Shown here piece after piece: positions 37,231 to 48,999 of a stretch of DNA of 64,000 bases (position 1 is the stretch's first letter; each line of letters starts with the position of its first letter). The notes beneath the pieces are model-generated. The model did no database searches. It was not told the origin of the DNA and saw only the letters and a list, made by a program, of their open reading frames with translations. The stretch is from Mytilus californianus (Eukaryota), in contig NW_026262690.1 in NCBI RefSeq assembly GCF_021869535.1, positions 8,370,001-8,434,000 on the forward strand, written 5' to 3'. A program made the position numbers and the translations under genes.

Positions 37231-39402
37231 TAAATAGTACACAAAACACAACATAGAAAACTCAAGAATTAGCAACACGAACCCCACCAAAAACTAGGGG
37301 TAATCTCAGGTGCTCCGGAAGGGTAAGCAGATTCTGCTCCACATGTGGCACCCGTCGTGTTGCTCATGTTAGTACAAACCCGGTAGGTAATAAGTCTAAT
37401 TCGCTAGGTCACATTCGGGAAAAGGGACGGACAATAGGAACATATCCGCTATCATCTGTGAAACGGATATTTCATAACGGACAACCAACTCGTGATGGCG
37501 TCCGTAAAACTTACGAAGGGATGATTTCAACTTCACCACTTGGAACTCTTTGTTTAATATCTTCCTTGATAGCAACGTATATCTAAATTATAAAAAGTCA
37601 AAAATATACAATTTACAATGCATGGGCTCCATAATATGTATTACATTGTAGCATTTCGTATGTATTTTAGTCTAGACGCCATCTAATCAACCATCGAGGT
37701 GACCTCCGAAGACTGCCGACGGTCATATAACCCGATATAAACATAAATATAGATATAAATAGATAGCGAACTCGTGCAATTGGATTTTTTTCTAGGTCTG
37801 TTTGATTTCATATTATAAGTTAAACATATATGTTAATCATCGTTTTTACCTGTATAAGAATGAGTTTTTGTGGGTCGAATCAGTCAATCAAATGGTTTAC
37901 CCTTGTTTCACTTTCAATGTTGACATTTTTTTCATTAAATAACTGAACTCACCTTATTCATGCGTAAACCATCTCTAGCTAAGGGGTCAAATTGAAGATC
38001 ACATGAATACGGATTCAATGAGGTCGAGTTATTCACTTGCAAGTGAATAATTCATCAGCGATGTTTCTTAGCTTATTTTGACGAAATTGAACCAAGCTGG
38101 CTACTAAAAGCAAATTATTATTTCACTGTTTCACTTTCATTAATGATTGAACAAAACAAAATCATATTTTGATATTTTTTTTTATATCTCGTAGCTAATG
38201 CCCATTTAAATTCATTTTTTCTTTAGTGAAAGATTGAAGGTTACAAGTACTATAGTTTGTGATATTTAATTTATAACCATTTAAGTGTCTCTATATAGCT
38301 AACGACATCAGAATTACAAGGATATACATTTTGAAAATTATATTTCAAGTTATAATTTGTTTGAATTGATTTTGAATTATTGAAAGTATATATTTTACAA
38401 TATGCATTTGATGTGCATACTTCAAATCTTTTTTAATGTGAAATTCCCTCAAATAAATACCAAACAATAAAAAAACTATATATAATGTTCAGTACTATGA
38501 ACAATTATGTAAGCTGCATAATATGTTCAAAGTATGTTTTCGTTAGTAAAATATAAAACATATATCTCCTACAGAGATTTAATATACCATAAGTTGAAGA
38601 CTTAATTCATTACAATCAATACCTTGAAGGTTACATGCTTGTGTGGAAGAACGATATTATATAATACTTACAATATCTAAACGATCGATGGGTGCAATAA
38701 TGTTTTGGTTGGCTTGAATTGAAAGGTGCCTTTTTGAATATTTTTTTTCGAATTTCGATTAAAAATCAAATTAATAACTCAAATTAGGTATCACGTAATT
38801 TGTACTATAGACAAAAAATAAAACCTTAAAGTGTTTAACAGTTTGATAGAAAATTAGATTTAATTTTGTTTACAAGAATAAAATTGAGAATGGAAATGGG
38901 GAATGTGTCAAAGAGACAACAACCTGACCATAGAGCAGACAACAGCCGAAGGCCACCAATGGGTCTTCAATGCAGCGAGAAACTCCCGCACCCGGAGGCG
39001 TCCTTCAGCTGGCCCCTAAACAAATATGTATACTAGTTCAGTGATAATGGACGTCATACTAAACTCCAAATTATACACAAGAAACTAGAATTAAAAATGA
39101 TACAAGACTAACAAAGGCCAGAGGCTCCTGACTTGGGACAGGCGCAAAAATGCGGCGGGGTTAAACATGTTTTTTGAGATCTCAACCCTCCCCCTATACC
39201 TCTAGCCAATGTAGAAAAAACAAACGTACAACAGTACGCACAGTAAAACTCAGTTTAAGAGAAGTCTGAGTCCGATGTCAGAATAGGAAACAAAAGAAAA
39301 TAAACAAAATGACAATAATACATAAATAACAACAGACTACTAGCAGTTACTGACATGCCAGCTCCAGACCTCAATTAAACTGATAGAAAGATTATGTCTT
39401 CA

Positions 39403-39469
39403 TCATATGAATATCAGGCACAATCCCTCCTGTTAGGGGTTTAGTATTATACCGTCATAAAATATATGA
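39403..39469 (-). promoter_or_regulatory. SECIS element (type II) in the retroelement 3' UTR
   Basis: Minus strand: helix I TCATAT/ATATGA; core ATGAC...TGAT; helix II GGTATAAT/ATTGTGCC (8/8 paired incl. G-U); AAA 11 nt after the core; apical mini-stem CCT-AAC-AGG. Confidence 0.8.
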
Positions 39470-39519
39470 GAAGAACACAACCCGTGTCATGCCAACAACT
39501 GGTTTTAGAATAAATATGT

Positions 39520-40950
39520 TTAATTCCGATGCAAAGACCCTATAAGTGAATCAATATTAAAGCCAAAATATGCAATCTTTAATGACCTGACAACAGTATC
39601 GTAACTATATCCCTTCTTAATAAGTCTGTTTAAAGGTTTTGTTAGCTTTTGAGGTGAATACTGGCATTTTTGTGCTTTGTAAAGAATATTACCATAAAAG
39701 ATTGGATGTGAAATACCCGAACGTATAAGATGTCTTCATGTTGAGTTATATTTACGAATGATGTCCTTATACCGATGATAAAATTTAGTAAATGTTTTGA
39801 CTAGTTTATGATATCGAAAACCCTGGTGTAATAATTTTTCAGTAATATATAAATTTCTCTCGCTAAAATCTAATACGTTGTTACATACACGAGCGAATCG
39901 TACAAGTTGAGATATATAAACACCATAAGAAGGTGACAAGGGAACGTCACCATCTAAAAATGGATAATTAACGATAGGAAATGAAAAATCATCTCTTTTA
40001 TCATAAATTTTTGTATTAAGCTTCCCGTTAATGATATAGATATCAAGATCGAGGAAAGGACAGTGGTCATTGTTAGTATTAGCTTTATTTAAAGTAAGTT
40101 CAACAGGATAAATTTCTTTAGTATACATACTGAAGTTGTCATTATTGAGAGCCAATATATCATCCAAATATCTAAAAGTATTGTTTAATTTTTGTATCAG
40201 ATGTTGTTTCGATGGGTCTTTGCTGATTTTAGTCATAAATTGTAATTCATAACAATACAAAAACAGGTCCGCAATAAGTGGTGCACAGTTAGTCCCCATT
40301 GGAATTCCGATAACTTGACGATATACGGAATCTCCAAAGCGAACAAAAATGTTATCAAGTAAAAATTCAAGGGCAGATATAGTATCAAAGCATGTCCAAT
40401 TGACATAGCTCTTTTGTTTGTTGCTACTAAAAAATGACCTAAAAGAGTTTGAACATATGTATTCGCATTCCGACTTTTTAAATGCCCATTTAATTAGGTG
40501 TGTGAATTTTTTCTTAATAAGAATATGAGGCAAAGTGGTATATAGGGTAGAAAAATCAAAACTTTGAACAGATTCAAAATCACCAATATATGCATGCAAT
40601 TTATCAAGTACTTCCAACGAGTTTTTGACACTCCAAAAGTAGTTAATTCCACTATTTTCAAATGCCTTATTTGAACAATTTATTACCAGGTTTTTGATTG
40701 TACCAAGTGTACTAGTAAGTAGAATAGACAATTTAGTAGTGGAACAATGACTTGAAGACGAAATAAATCTATATTTGTAAGGTGATTTGTGTAGCTTCGG
40801 AAGCCAGTACATAGTTGGGACTTTCATTGTATTTGGTTCTGCTTGTAAAGAAGTAGCTAATAGTTTATGTTTGTTACAGATATCGTTTTCTGAAAATGAA
40901 GTCAGTAGGAATGTTGGTGAATTCGTGATTTCCTTTTGCAGAAACCTTTT
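39520..40950 (-). CDS. Penelope-like reverse transcriptase frame (476 codons) with one in-frame TGA at 39736-39738, candidate selenocysteine
   Basis: The frame opens after TAA 40951-53, runs through the listed ORF, and continues 71 codons past the TGA (RHLIRSGISHPIFYGN...SLHRN) to TAA 39520-22. The sister copy has TGC at this codon. Confidence 0.75.
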
Positions 40951-43379
40951 TTAGAAAACTAGAAGAAATAAGAAATAATTTCACTATTGTTACCTCTTTT
41001 ACAAAATTAAAAATTCCATTGTTCAAAAGCAAATAAACTGTTAATCTTTATTGTTATATAAAAAAAATTAAAACAACATTTTTGTAACACAAAAAAAACA
41101 TATAAAATGATACTTTAAGCTTAGACATGAACACACATTATTAGTATGAGTATGCAGGACTAGATGGCGAGTGAAAAGTAAATCACTCCGGTATATTGTG
41201 TATCATTATACAAGTATGAAATTATCCGTCTGAATTAATACACTCTATTTGTTGTTGAAAGTTATCTTATATCTGTGTTAGATTTTGTAATATGACAGTA
41301 GTCTTCATACCAAAGTTTCCGACAAAATGGACAAATTTCCTTTTTCCAATGATTATTTTTCTTTTGTAAAGTGCTGAATGCTTTATATAGAATTCTACTG
41401 TTTCGATATGCGCTTGTTTGAGTGAAGTATCATATTTCACACACCACAACGGAAGCCCCACTTTGTCAAAGGATTTACTGCCGGACGGGGAAATCCAGGG
41501 ACGACCATATTTCTGTAACAAAGTCAACCTTGGGGGTTTGTTGAATTTGACATATCAAAACTACACGCATTGTAATATTATATGAGATGAGTATCTAGAC
41601 GTCTCAAAACAGATATAATACGAGATGAGTATTTAGACAAACAGATCACATTTGATTGAGTGATATAACTAACAAAGAAGAAAGAAATCAAACAACGATA
41701 TTGTTTTCATTATATCATTATTATAACTATTGTTTGTGTACGTTTGAAGTGTAACTCGAAATTGGACTTATACCATATATTGTTGACAAAAAGTAATTAA
41801 ATTTAATATCATTTAGATATAATCTGTGTCAGTATTGGGTTCGATTTAAAGGTTACTATCTCTAAGATAAGAAGGTCAAGGTTATATTTGTTATTAAACA
41901 TAGAGTAAATGTGCAAGTCATATTTGTTTTTAATTGTATATTTAGAAAAAGTGATATAATCATTTCAAAATGATATGACATTTAATGTAATTGTTGAAGG
42001 CCATACGGTACCCCCATATTTATTTACATCTTTGTCCATTGGTCTACGTATAGTTGTCTCACTGGCAACCATGTCACATCTTCTTATTTTTATATTGTTC
42101 TATTTTTCCATATACTTGAATACTATAAACTGTTCTAAACTTTTATCTATTTATTTAGTTACGAAAAGTAAAACAAATCAGTATTACCCTTTGAGTTTTG
42201 ATGCTTCGAAAGTGTTACATATATTAGTATTAGTATTGGTATAAATAAAATAATAAATTCAAATATCTCTCTTCATTGATTTGGGTACCAACCATTCATT
42301 TTTTTTGGGGAATGAGGGGGGAGCATGTTCTTCTAACATGGCCAAAAACTTCGATCAACTTAGTCACCTTTCTGCATATGTACACAAAACTTTTCCGCTT
42401 TCTAACTTTCAAACCCCTAAGAGTTTGTTAATAAAACTTGGCATGATTATTCACCATTACTAAAAGGTGTGTCAGATAAAAGAAAGAAAACCATCATTTA
42501 AAGTAATGGTAAAAAACTTGGTACAACTTTGTCACATCTGCTAGAACCAGTCGTGGGTGTCGATGGAGTCAATGGCAAGTGCACAACTGTTGATGAGTCC
42601 AATTCAGCGATGTCATAAAAACAAAGAAAGAACGACTCGGGCTGCGAGTAGTTTTTGCTATATTTCATTCATACTAACTTTGTAACTGTGAAATAGCATG
42701 CTGACCAACACAAGAAAGATATTTCATTACTATAAGTTAGTTTACAAAAAAATTTCATACAAGAGAAGTCATATCTTTCTCACTAATTATCTCTGGCTAA
42801 GAATAGATAAAACTTTTATTTTTGGCCGAAAATTATTGTACAAGTTCAACACTTATCGAAAATTTATCTAATAATGAATACAAAATATCTTAAAAGTACT
42901 CAACAGGTAGGTACTAGAAGTGATAGTACCGAATTTCGAAATGTTGAATGAAACGAACTTCGCATATACTTATACGTTTTTAGCATTAAAAACTGTACAT
43001 CTATTAAAAAGTCCTTGATATTACATGTAGGAAGTGCATCTTTTTTGTCGACTTTTTTTTTTACTTAAATGAAAATATAATATATTTATTGTATTCTGCT
43101 ATTTTACAATCCAAGCTGGCGGAAGACTCCAATACTCTTTAACATATAGAGTATGACAATGGGATGTTATCTCTAATTTTTATTTAACTGCATGACTCTT
43201 TTACATCTTATAAAATATACACCAAGTGGAAATATAAATTGAATTATACTACATAGGAAAACTTAACATAAAGTAGAACACCATTCTTGAATCCGTAATA
43301 ATAAAGATTAAAAAAAAATTAAAAAAAATATACGGTAGGCTATCTTGTTTCAAGAAAAATAAACGTTTTCTTAAACTAA

Positions 43380-43676
43380 GGGAGCTGCCATTTGATTTTA
43401 TGGAGGGGGGGGGGGGGGGGGGGGGCTAGGATGAAAAATTTTGTCCTGCATTTTTTTAGTTGTAATCTCTATCCTGCCTTTTTATTTTCCACTCTATTCG
43501 GTCCTGCCTTTTTTTTTTTTAGTTTATCCTGACTTTTTTTTACCTAAATTGTCATCCTGACTTTTTTTTTTACAAGTGTCTCATCCTGCCTTTTTTTTTA
43601 CTCAAAACTCCTGTCCTGCCTATTTTTTTTTCAAATTTTTATCCTAGCCCCCCATAAAAATCAAATGGTAGCTCCC
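43380..43676. mobile_element. PIF/Harbinger (Tourist-like) MITE
   Basis: TIR GGGAGCTGCCATTTGATTTTATGG / CCATAAAAATCAAATGGTAGCTCCC; TAA duplicated at 43377-79 and 43677-79; internal TCCTGCCTTTTT repeats. Confidence 0.85.
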
Positions 43677-46600
43677 TAATATGCTACGCATTTTCTTACA
43701 AAAGGAGCTTCGTGTTATTAATACTAAACATGGTTAACTGGAAAGAAACTATCAGCATTCTACCTGAAATATTGGGTGCAGAAATAAAGACGAAAAGGTT
43801 AGTTAATTCAACAAAAGCCTGCTGTGCCGATACAATAGGAGGGCTATGTATGTGTATGGGTGTGGATATAAGGGAAATTGACATTATGAAAACGGGAATT
43901 GTGCTTCCGCATTAACTTCTAGTAATCTAAGATGAGTACAGCTATAAATATAATAAAAAAAATGGCAAGATATGTAAATCGTCGTTGATTGTATTAATGG
44001 AAAACCCATTATAATCAAGGATATATATATATACATGTATCTTGCCAAGTATATGTCAATCTGCAAGCAGATGTTTAATGATCCAAATGTAAATAAAAAG
44101 TTTAAATATTTATTTTTATGTAAAAGTTTAAATCGATTATTTGTTAAAAAAAAATTAATCTTTACACGTAAATTGAATCATATCACTGTTTTCTAGATGA
44201 ATCGAGATTTACTCTTTCATTACGAGAAAAAAAAATTCACATGAGACAAATATTAATATTGAAAACATCTGAATCAACCTTTTTGAAATATTTATAAAAA
44301 TCAAAAGAAATTATAGATAATGGTAAATGAGACAGCACACAATCAAAACAACATAACCAAAAAAGACCCTTATATTAAAGTTCAACAATAAATCTAAACC
44401 ATATGACAAGACAATTGACATGAAGGGGAGCCAGAAAATACATCAAAGACGCCTAGATGTGATCTTACTTATTGCATGCGTCATCAGTAGGATCGTCTAG
44501 AGGAATTGAGGCAGGAATTTGGGGAAACAGTTTTGCTCATTCCTTAACCATTTTTAATGTTCAGGTAATCATCAAATAGGGTTCAAATAAGTTCTGAATT
44601 TAATACCTCGCGAATAAGGGGAAACATAGGGATTTATTCATTTATTACTCTTTCATTTCATGTCGATAATGGCTTTCCCCATTTATTTAAGATGATGACA
44701 CTACCACTATTCTTGTACTAAATAGTCGTCTGATCTGTAATCTTATCTATTCCCGATTATGACATTTGGATTAATTTTAAATTGCATGGCTTGTGATGTT
44801 CTGTCATTACGATTCCCTAAGTTTTTGTTTGTTTATCTTGCATTGTATCTTTGAAAATTAATGAATTGATGAGCATATGCAAATCACTGTTTCCTCTAAT
44901 TTACCCCATGATACTATGGTTTATGCAGAATGATAACTTTCGATAATTTAGAGGGGTCTTTCAGGAATGTAATATCATTTAAGGATAAAGCATGATAAAT
45001 GCAGAATATACAATCACATTTAATTGAATTATGATAATTACATTGCAGAGAAAGCACGTTGAAACAGTCCTAACACAATTTACTTTAGATAAAGTTTCAC
45101 ATTGTAAATAAATGTCATAGTACAATTAAGAATATATATTCATAGAAAATCAAATATCTTGCATAAATTGCCAAAACGGTTAACATGGAAAAAAGAAAAA
45201 AAATATAACAAGATGTCAGAATACAATTCCAAACTTATAATTCACAATAATAAAAAAAACATTTTACCAATGTAGCACGTGTGACACGTAGTAAAATTTG
45301 TATTCGATGCACAAATTCATTCTTTAATTTGATGACTGGTATTTTAGTATTTGCAATATATTAGTGTTGTGTAAGGTATTCAAGAGAATATAATATTAAT
45401 TTTGATACTCAATGAATCCCAACTGTTGACTTTAGGATATAGAAACATGATCATCTGGGACTCTCCTATCCGACAGTAAAAGTTATGCCATAATCAGCCG
45501 TCTGTTTTTCTTTTTAAATACGCAGCCACTTCCGGCCAGAATAGGGACGTTAAATGCGATGCCTCGTATAAAAACCCTTGCAACATCCGTATGTTTTCAA
45601 GGAAAACATGTCGAAATTCATATATCTTACCTAAAATGACCAAATTACACATAAATTTGGGACAAAAAAGATTTAAATGCAGTAGTACTTTTGATATATA
45701 AACGATCCATACTTAGTAAAGTAAATATCTAAACGGACCTATGCGGAGAGTTATTGAGGGCAAACTTATTTAATTTGTATGCCTCTGAATATAAAAAAGT
45801 TAAATCTTTCACTTCTATAATTCTCTACACTAAGACTTTTAAATACCTTAGAATCCCGCAAAGAAGATAACATTTCTTAAAGTGTGTATATTCAACATCG
45901 AAGATTTCAACAGATAGTGAAATACATAAAAGAAAAATATATGAAAACTGAACAGAAATCTAATGCTGATTAAACATATAGACTTCCTTTTTGTATCTTC
46001 TGTACATTTTGTTCGAAAAATAAAATGAACTAAGATGCATATATATCTTTCATGTTCAGGACAGATATACTATATTTATGAGGTTAGAGCAGTTGAAGCT
46101 AGAATAATGATATAGACCATCACTGGTGATCCGATGGATAAAATCTGTCGTAGAGTTGTCACTGGTTCAGACGTACTTAACACATATGGTTTTTATGGTT
46201 TTAGAAATAGAAATACCAATGAGATGGCGAAAACATTCATAAAGAAGTTCGTATATTTGAAACACATCATATTTTTGTTGGTACCATAGTAATACAAACA
46301 TTAACAATGGCCAACTGTAGATTATAACAATGATATCCCTAAACAATGATGAAATATATGCCAACAAGTATGTTGCATGGTAAGTGGTGTCCAAAACTAT
46401 CATAATTTGTAACATTAAGTATGGGAAAAAAGAATTTTTTTGGTAAACACATTAAACGTTAGAAAAATAGCGCATTTTGCTTTAAAAGGTAAGGCTAATT
46501 TCCTCTGAATTTATTTCCCACCAGGGCCATTATCCAAAAGTATCTCAATACTTACTGAAATTTACGGCAAAGCAATTCCATATGTGTACTTTGAGGTTTA

Positions 46601-46714
46601 ACGAGGCAATAACGTTCTAAATAGATCGCCAAAGTATAACGCACGAAGAAAGACCAAAACCACGTTTTGACAGATTTTGGCAAATTTTGAAGACTTTTAG
46701 TATTTATCTCAAAA

Positions 46715-47250
46715 TGTATTGTCGACATCACGAGTTGGTTGATCGTCATGGAATATCTGTTTCACAGATAACTACAGATATTATTCAATTGTCGTAACCA
46801 TAATCCCGTCCTCTTTCTTCGATTGTGACATCCCCGAATGTGTACCTTACAATGGGCAACATGACGGGTGGAACAGGATCTGCTTATTCTTCCTGGAGCA
46901 CCTAAGATGTTTTCCCCAGTTTTTTTATTCATGTTGCTAGGTCTAAAGTTGTGTTTATCGGATTTGGTTGAGTTTGGCACCCGCAAACATGTTTATCCCC
47001 GCCATATTATGTATGTACCTGTCCCAAGTCAGGAGCATGTTATTTGTTGCTGTACTTCATATTTGTTTAACGTTTATTGTTTTGTACATACATCTGGCCG
47101 TTAGTTTTTTCGTATGAATTGTCTTACATTTGTTATTCTGGGGCTTTTTATAGCTTGCTGTGCGTAATGGGTTTTGCTCATTGTTGGAGGCCGTGTGGTG
47201 ACCTATATATGTTAACTTCTGCACCATTTGCAACCATACCATATCTTGCT
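46715..47250 (+). mobile_element. Family B PLE 3' fragment (46715-46955) joined to a family A' copy (46955-47250)
   Basis: YCRHHELVDRHGISVSQITTD translation, then CCTGTCCCAAGTCAGGAGC and the ...ACCATACCATATCTT end. Confidence 0.6.
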
Positions 47251-48122
47251 ATAATTTCTACATTGTTTGTGTTTTGAATGTGCCCTTGGTATCTTTCACC
47301 TCTGTTTTACAAGCACAAACGGTATTTTAAGGGTTTTTACAACTTCTATCGCTGCCTTTTTTTATATTTTATTTTATTTTTTAATTGAGAATCATGGAAA
47401 TCTATGTACATGAATGTCATCGTTTTGAGTTTCAAGTTTATGGACAACTTAACACAACAGCAGTCCAATAATATTTTCCCTAGACCATTTCCTTTTGAGC
47501 TGTATTTACTTCGTATACTTTGATTACTGATAAGTAGTCAAAGTATATGAAGCAAAAAAACAATTACGAATTATGTTACCAATCAGGAAGAGCGTAGCGC
47601 TGCCACGCAGGTAATACATATAAAACATTCCGATTTCGTGGAATCGAACTTAAACTTCCTCGGTTTAATTATAGATAGTTTATACATACATAATAATATA
47701 TTATTCTTATGCACCAACATCGGAAGCATGATTTGTCATATATTCATGAAATCATTCCATAGGTCAATATTCAAATAATCATAATGCATTTAGTAGTTTA
47801 ATTATGCACTATAATTGATCTGATTAGAAGCAAAGCAAAACGTTAACAAAAATTATAATAACGGAATAGGTTTTAATTCTATATACAAAAGTAACCTTCT
47901 TTTGCGATTAGCTTCCTTTTGCTAATAAAAAGTGATGGTTGCATTAAAAGTACATATACAAAGTACTTTAAACAAGCTATAATACTTTGGAAATTCAAAA
48001 GTGGTAATTTATTATTCTGTTAAAGATATGCATGCAAACACGTGTACCTTTATAAATAATGATTGATAACATTGGATTTATTATGGTACATAATTAAATG
48101 TCTACCTTATATTCAAGTTATT

Positions 48123-48133
48123 GGGAAATACCC
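48123..48133 (+). promoter_or_regulatory. kappaB-like site upstream of TNF gene 2
   Basis: GGGAAATACCC inside the palindromic TTGGG...CCCAA; an ETS-like CAGGAAGT near 48158 and TATA-like elements near 48172 and 48203. Motif match only. Confidence 0.35.
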
Positions 48134-48296
48134 AAGTATATTAAAGGTCTACTGAATCAGGAAGTAAACAGTATATAGTAACCTAATCATGCAAAAGACA
48201 GTATAATAGTATTAAGTGTTTTATACTTTTGATTACTTATTACCAACACGAACAGGAGACCGCAGAATTACTCTCCGGACTGTCGTTTCAGATTAA

Positions 48297-48299
48297 ATG
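48297..48299 (+). CDS. Putative start codon at the end of exon 1 of TNF gene 2
   Basis: ATG|GTACAT donor; a 109-bp intron to the acceptor at 48408 gives in-frame MDEIGKRPTSYSNAI, which aligns with gene 1 MYEEPTRNRPSSFRKAI. Confidence 0.45.
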
Positions 48300-48408
48300 G
48301 TACATTTCTAAAATAAGGATTTAATCAATAAACGAGTCATTCGATTATTAACGATTTTTGTTTTACTTCTTATCAATATATTAACCTTACTTTTTTTTTA
48401 TTCAACAG

Positions 48409-48999
48409 GATGAAATTGGAAAGAGACCAACATCATACTCCAATGCGATTCTTAATACATCTGTTGACGTTTGTAATAAAATGGCCAACGAAAACCCAGT
48501 CTTCCATCGACCACAGCCAGATGCATGTAGTGCTTATGCCGTATCAATAACACAGCAACCTAACTCAAATGAGGCAAATACAGAGTGTAACAAATATCAT
48601 GAAATTAGACAATGTACGAGAAGTGCAAACGGTGACATGCATAGAAACGGCAGTACAACAAGCAGTAGCAGTTTACTGTCAGGATCAACCGAAAGCATAG
48701 TTCCGGGAAAACGTTATATTATTGTGATAATATGCGTAAATATTACCTTCTTTGTTATTGCATTTTCTCTGATAATTGTCCAATTTGTGATGCTTAACAA
48801 ATTACAGGGTAAATTGGAAGTTGAGAAAGCAGAAAGAAAAGGCAAATCAAACACACTATGTTTACCTTGCAATGATTTGATTCTAGGTCCATTAGAACAT
48901 GATAATGAAAATATAAAGCTGCTGAATAGAAAAGAGGAAGATGGAATTCAAGTATGCTGTGCTAAAGGATCCAATCAAACGTCAATTCTAATGGATTTG
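48409..48999 (+). CDS. TNF-superfamily ligand 2 (TRAIL/TNFSF10-like): cytoplasmic tail, TM helix, Cys-rich stalk
   Basis: TTTTTATTCAACAG acceptor in frame with ATG 48481; TM YIIVIICVNITFFVIAFSLIIVQFVML; CLPC-x28-CC; phase-0 donor TTG|GTAAAT at the same position as in gene 1. Confidence 0.88.

Larger units (their letters stand above)
35565..37580 (-). mobile_element. Family B Penelope-like 3' fragment, split by a family A insertion (pieces 37230-37580 and 35565-35690)
   Basis: 37580-37440 translates KILNKEFQVVKLKSSLRKFYGRHHELVVRYEISVSQMIADMF. Its 3' UTR breaks at ...GTGTACTATT and resumes TGTTTGTCTGTTTGTC beyond the insert. Confidence 0.7.
38877..40950 (-). mobile_element. Naiad-type Penelope-like retroelement, family A copy 2 (5'-truncated; RT, thumb and 3' UTR)
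   Basis: RT motifs YWLPKLHK, FDFSTLYT, QVIGIPMGTNCAP, FRYLDD, FLDLDI, YDKRDDF. No C-terminal GIY-YIG follows the RT, consistent with N-terminal-EN (Naiad) PLEs. 3' end ...CCATTCTCAATTTTATT is shared with copy 1. Confidence 0.85.

Noticed and set aside
37261-37460. SECIS in the family B 3' UTR
   Set aside because: An ATGA is present but there is no paired helix II, apical AA or opposing GA.
37670-41175. Inverted CGCCATCTA / TAGATGGCG motifs as TIRs of a large element, or as the partner end of the Mutator remnant (motif also near 226)
   Set aside because: Only 9-10 bp match and the flanks do not extend; no TSD.
41267-41527. 86-aa minus-strand ORF with elevated GC
   Set aside because: No recognisable motif and no coherent splice model.
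42540-42665. ISXO2/Merlin-like transposase hint (VDES.F)
   Set aside because: Too short and needs frameshifts; cannot be supported by eye.
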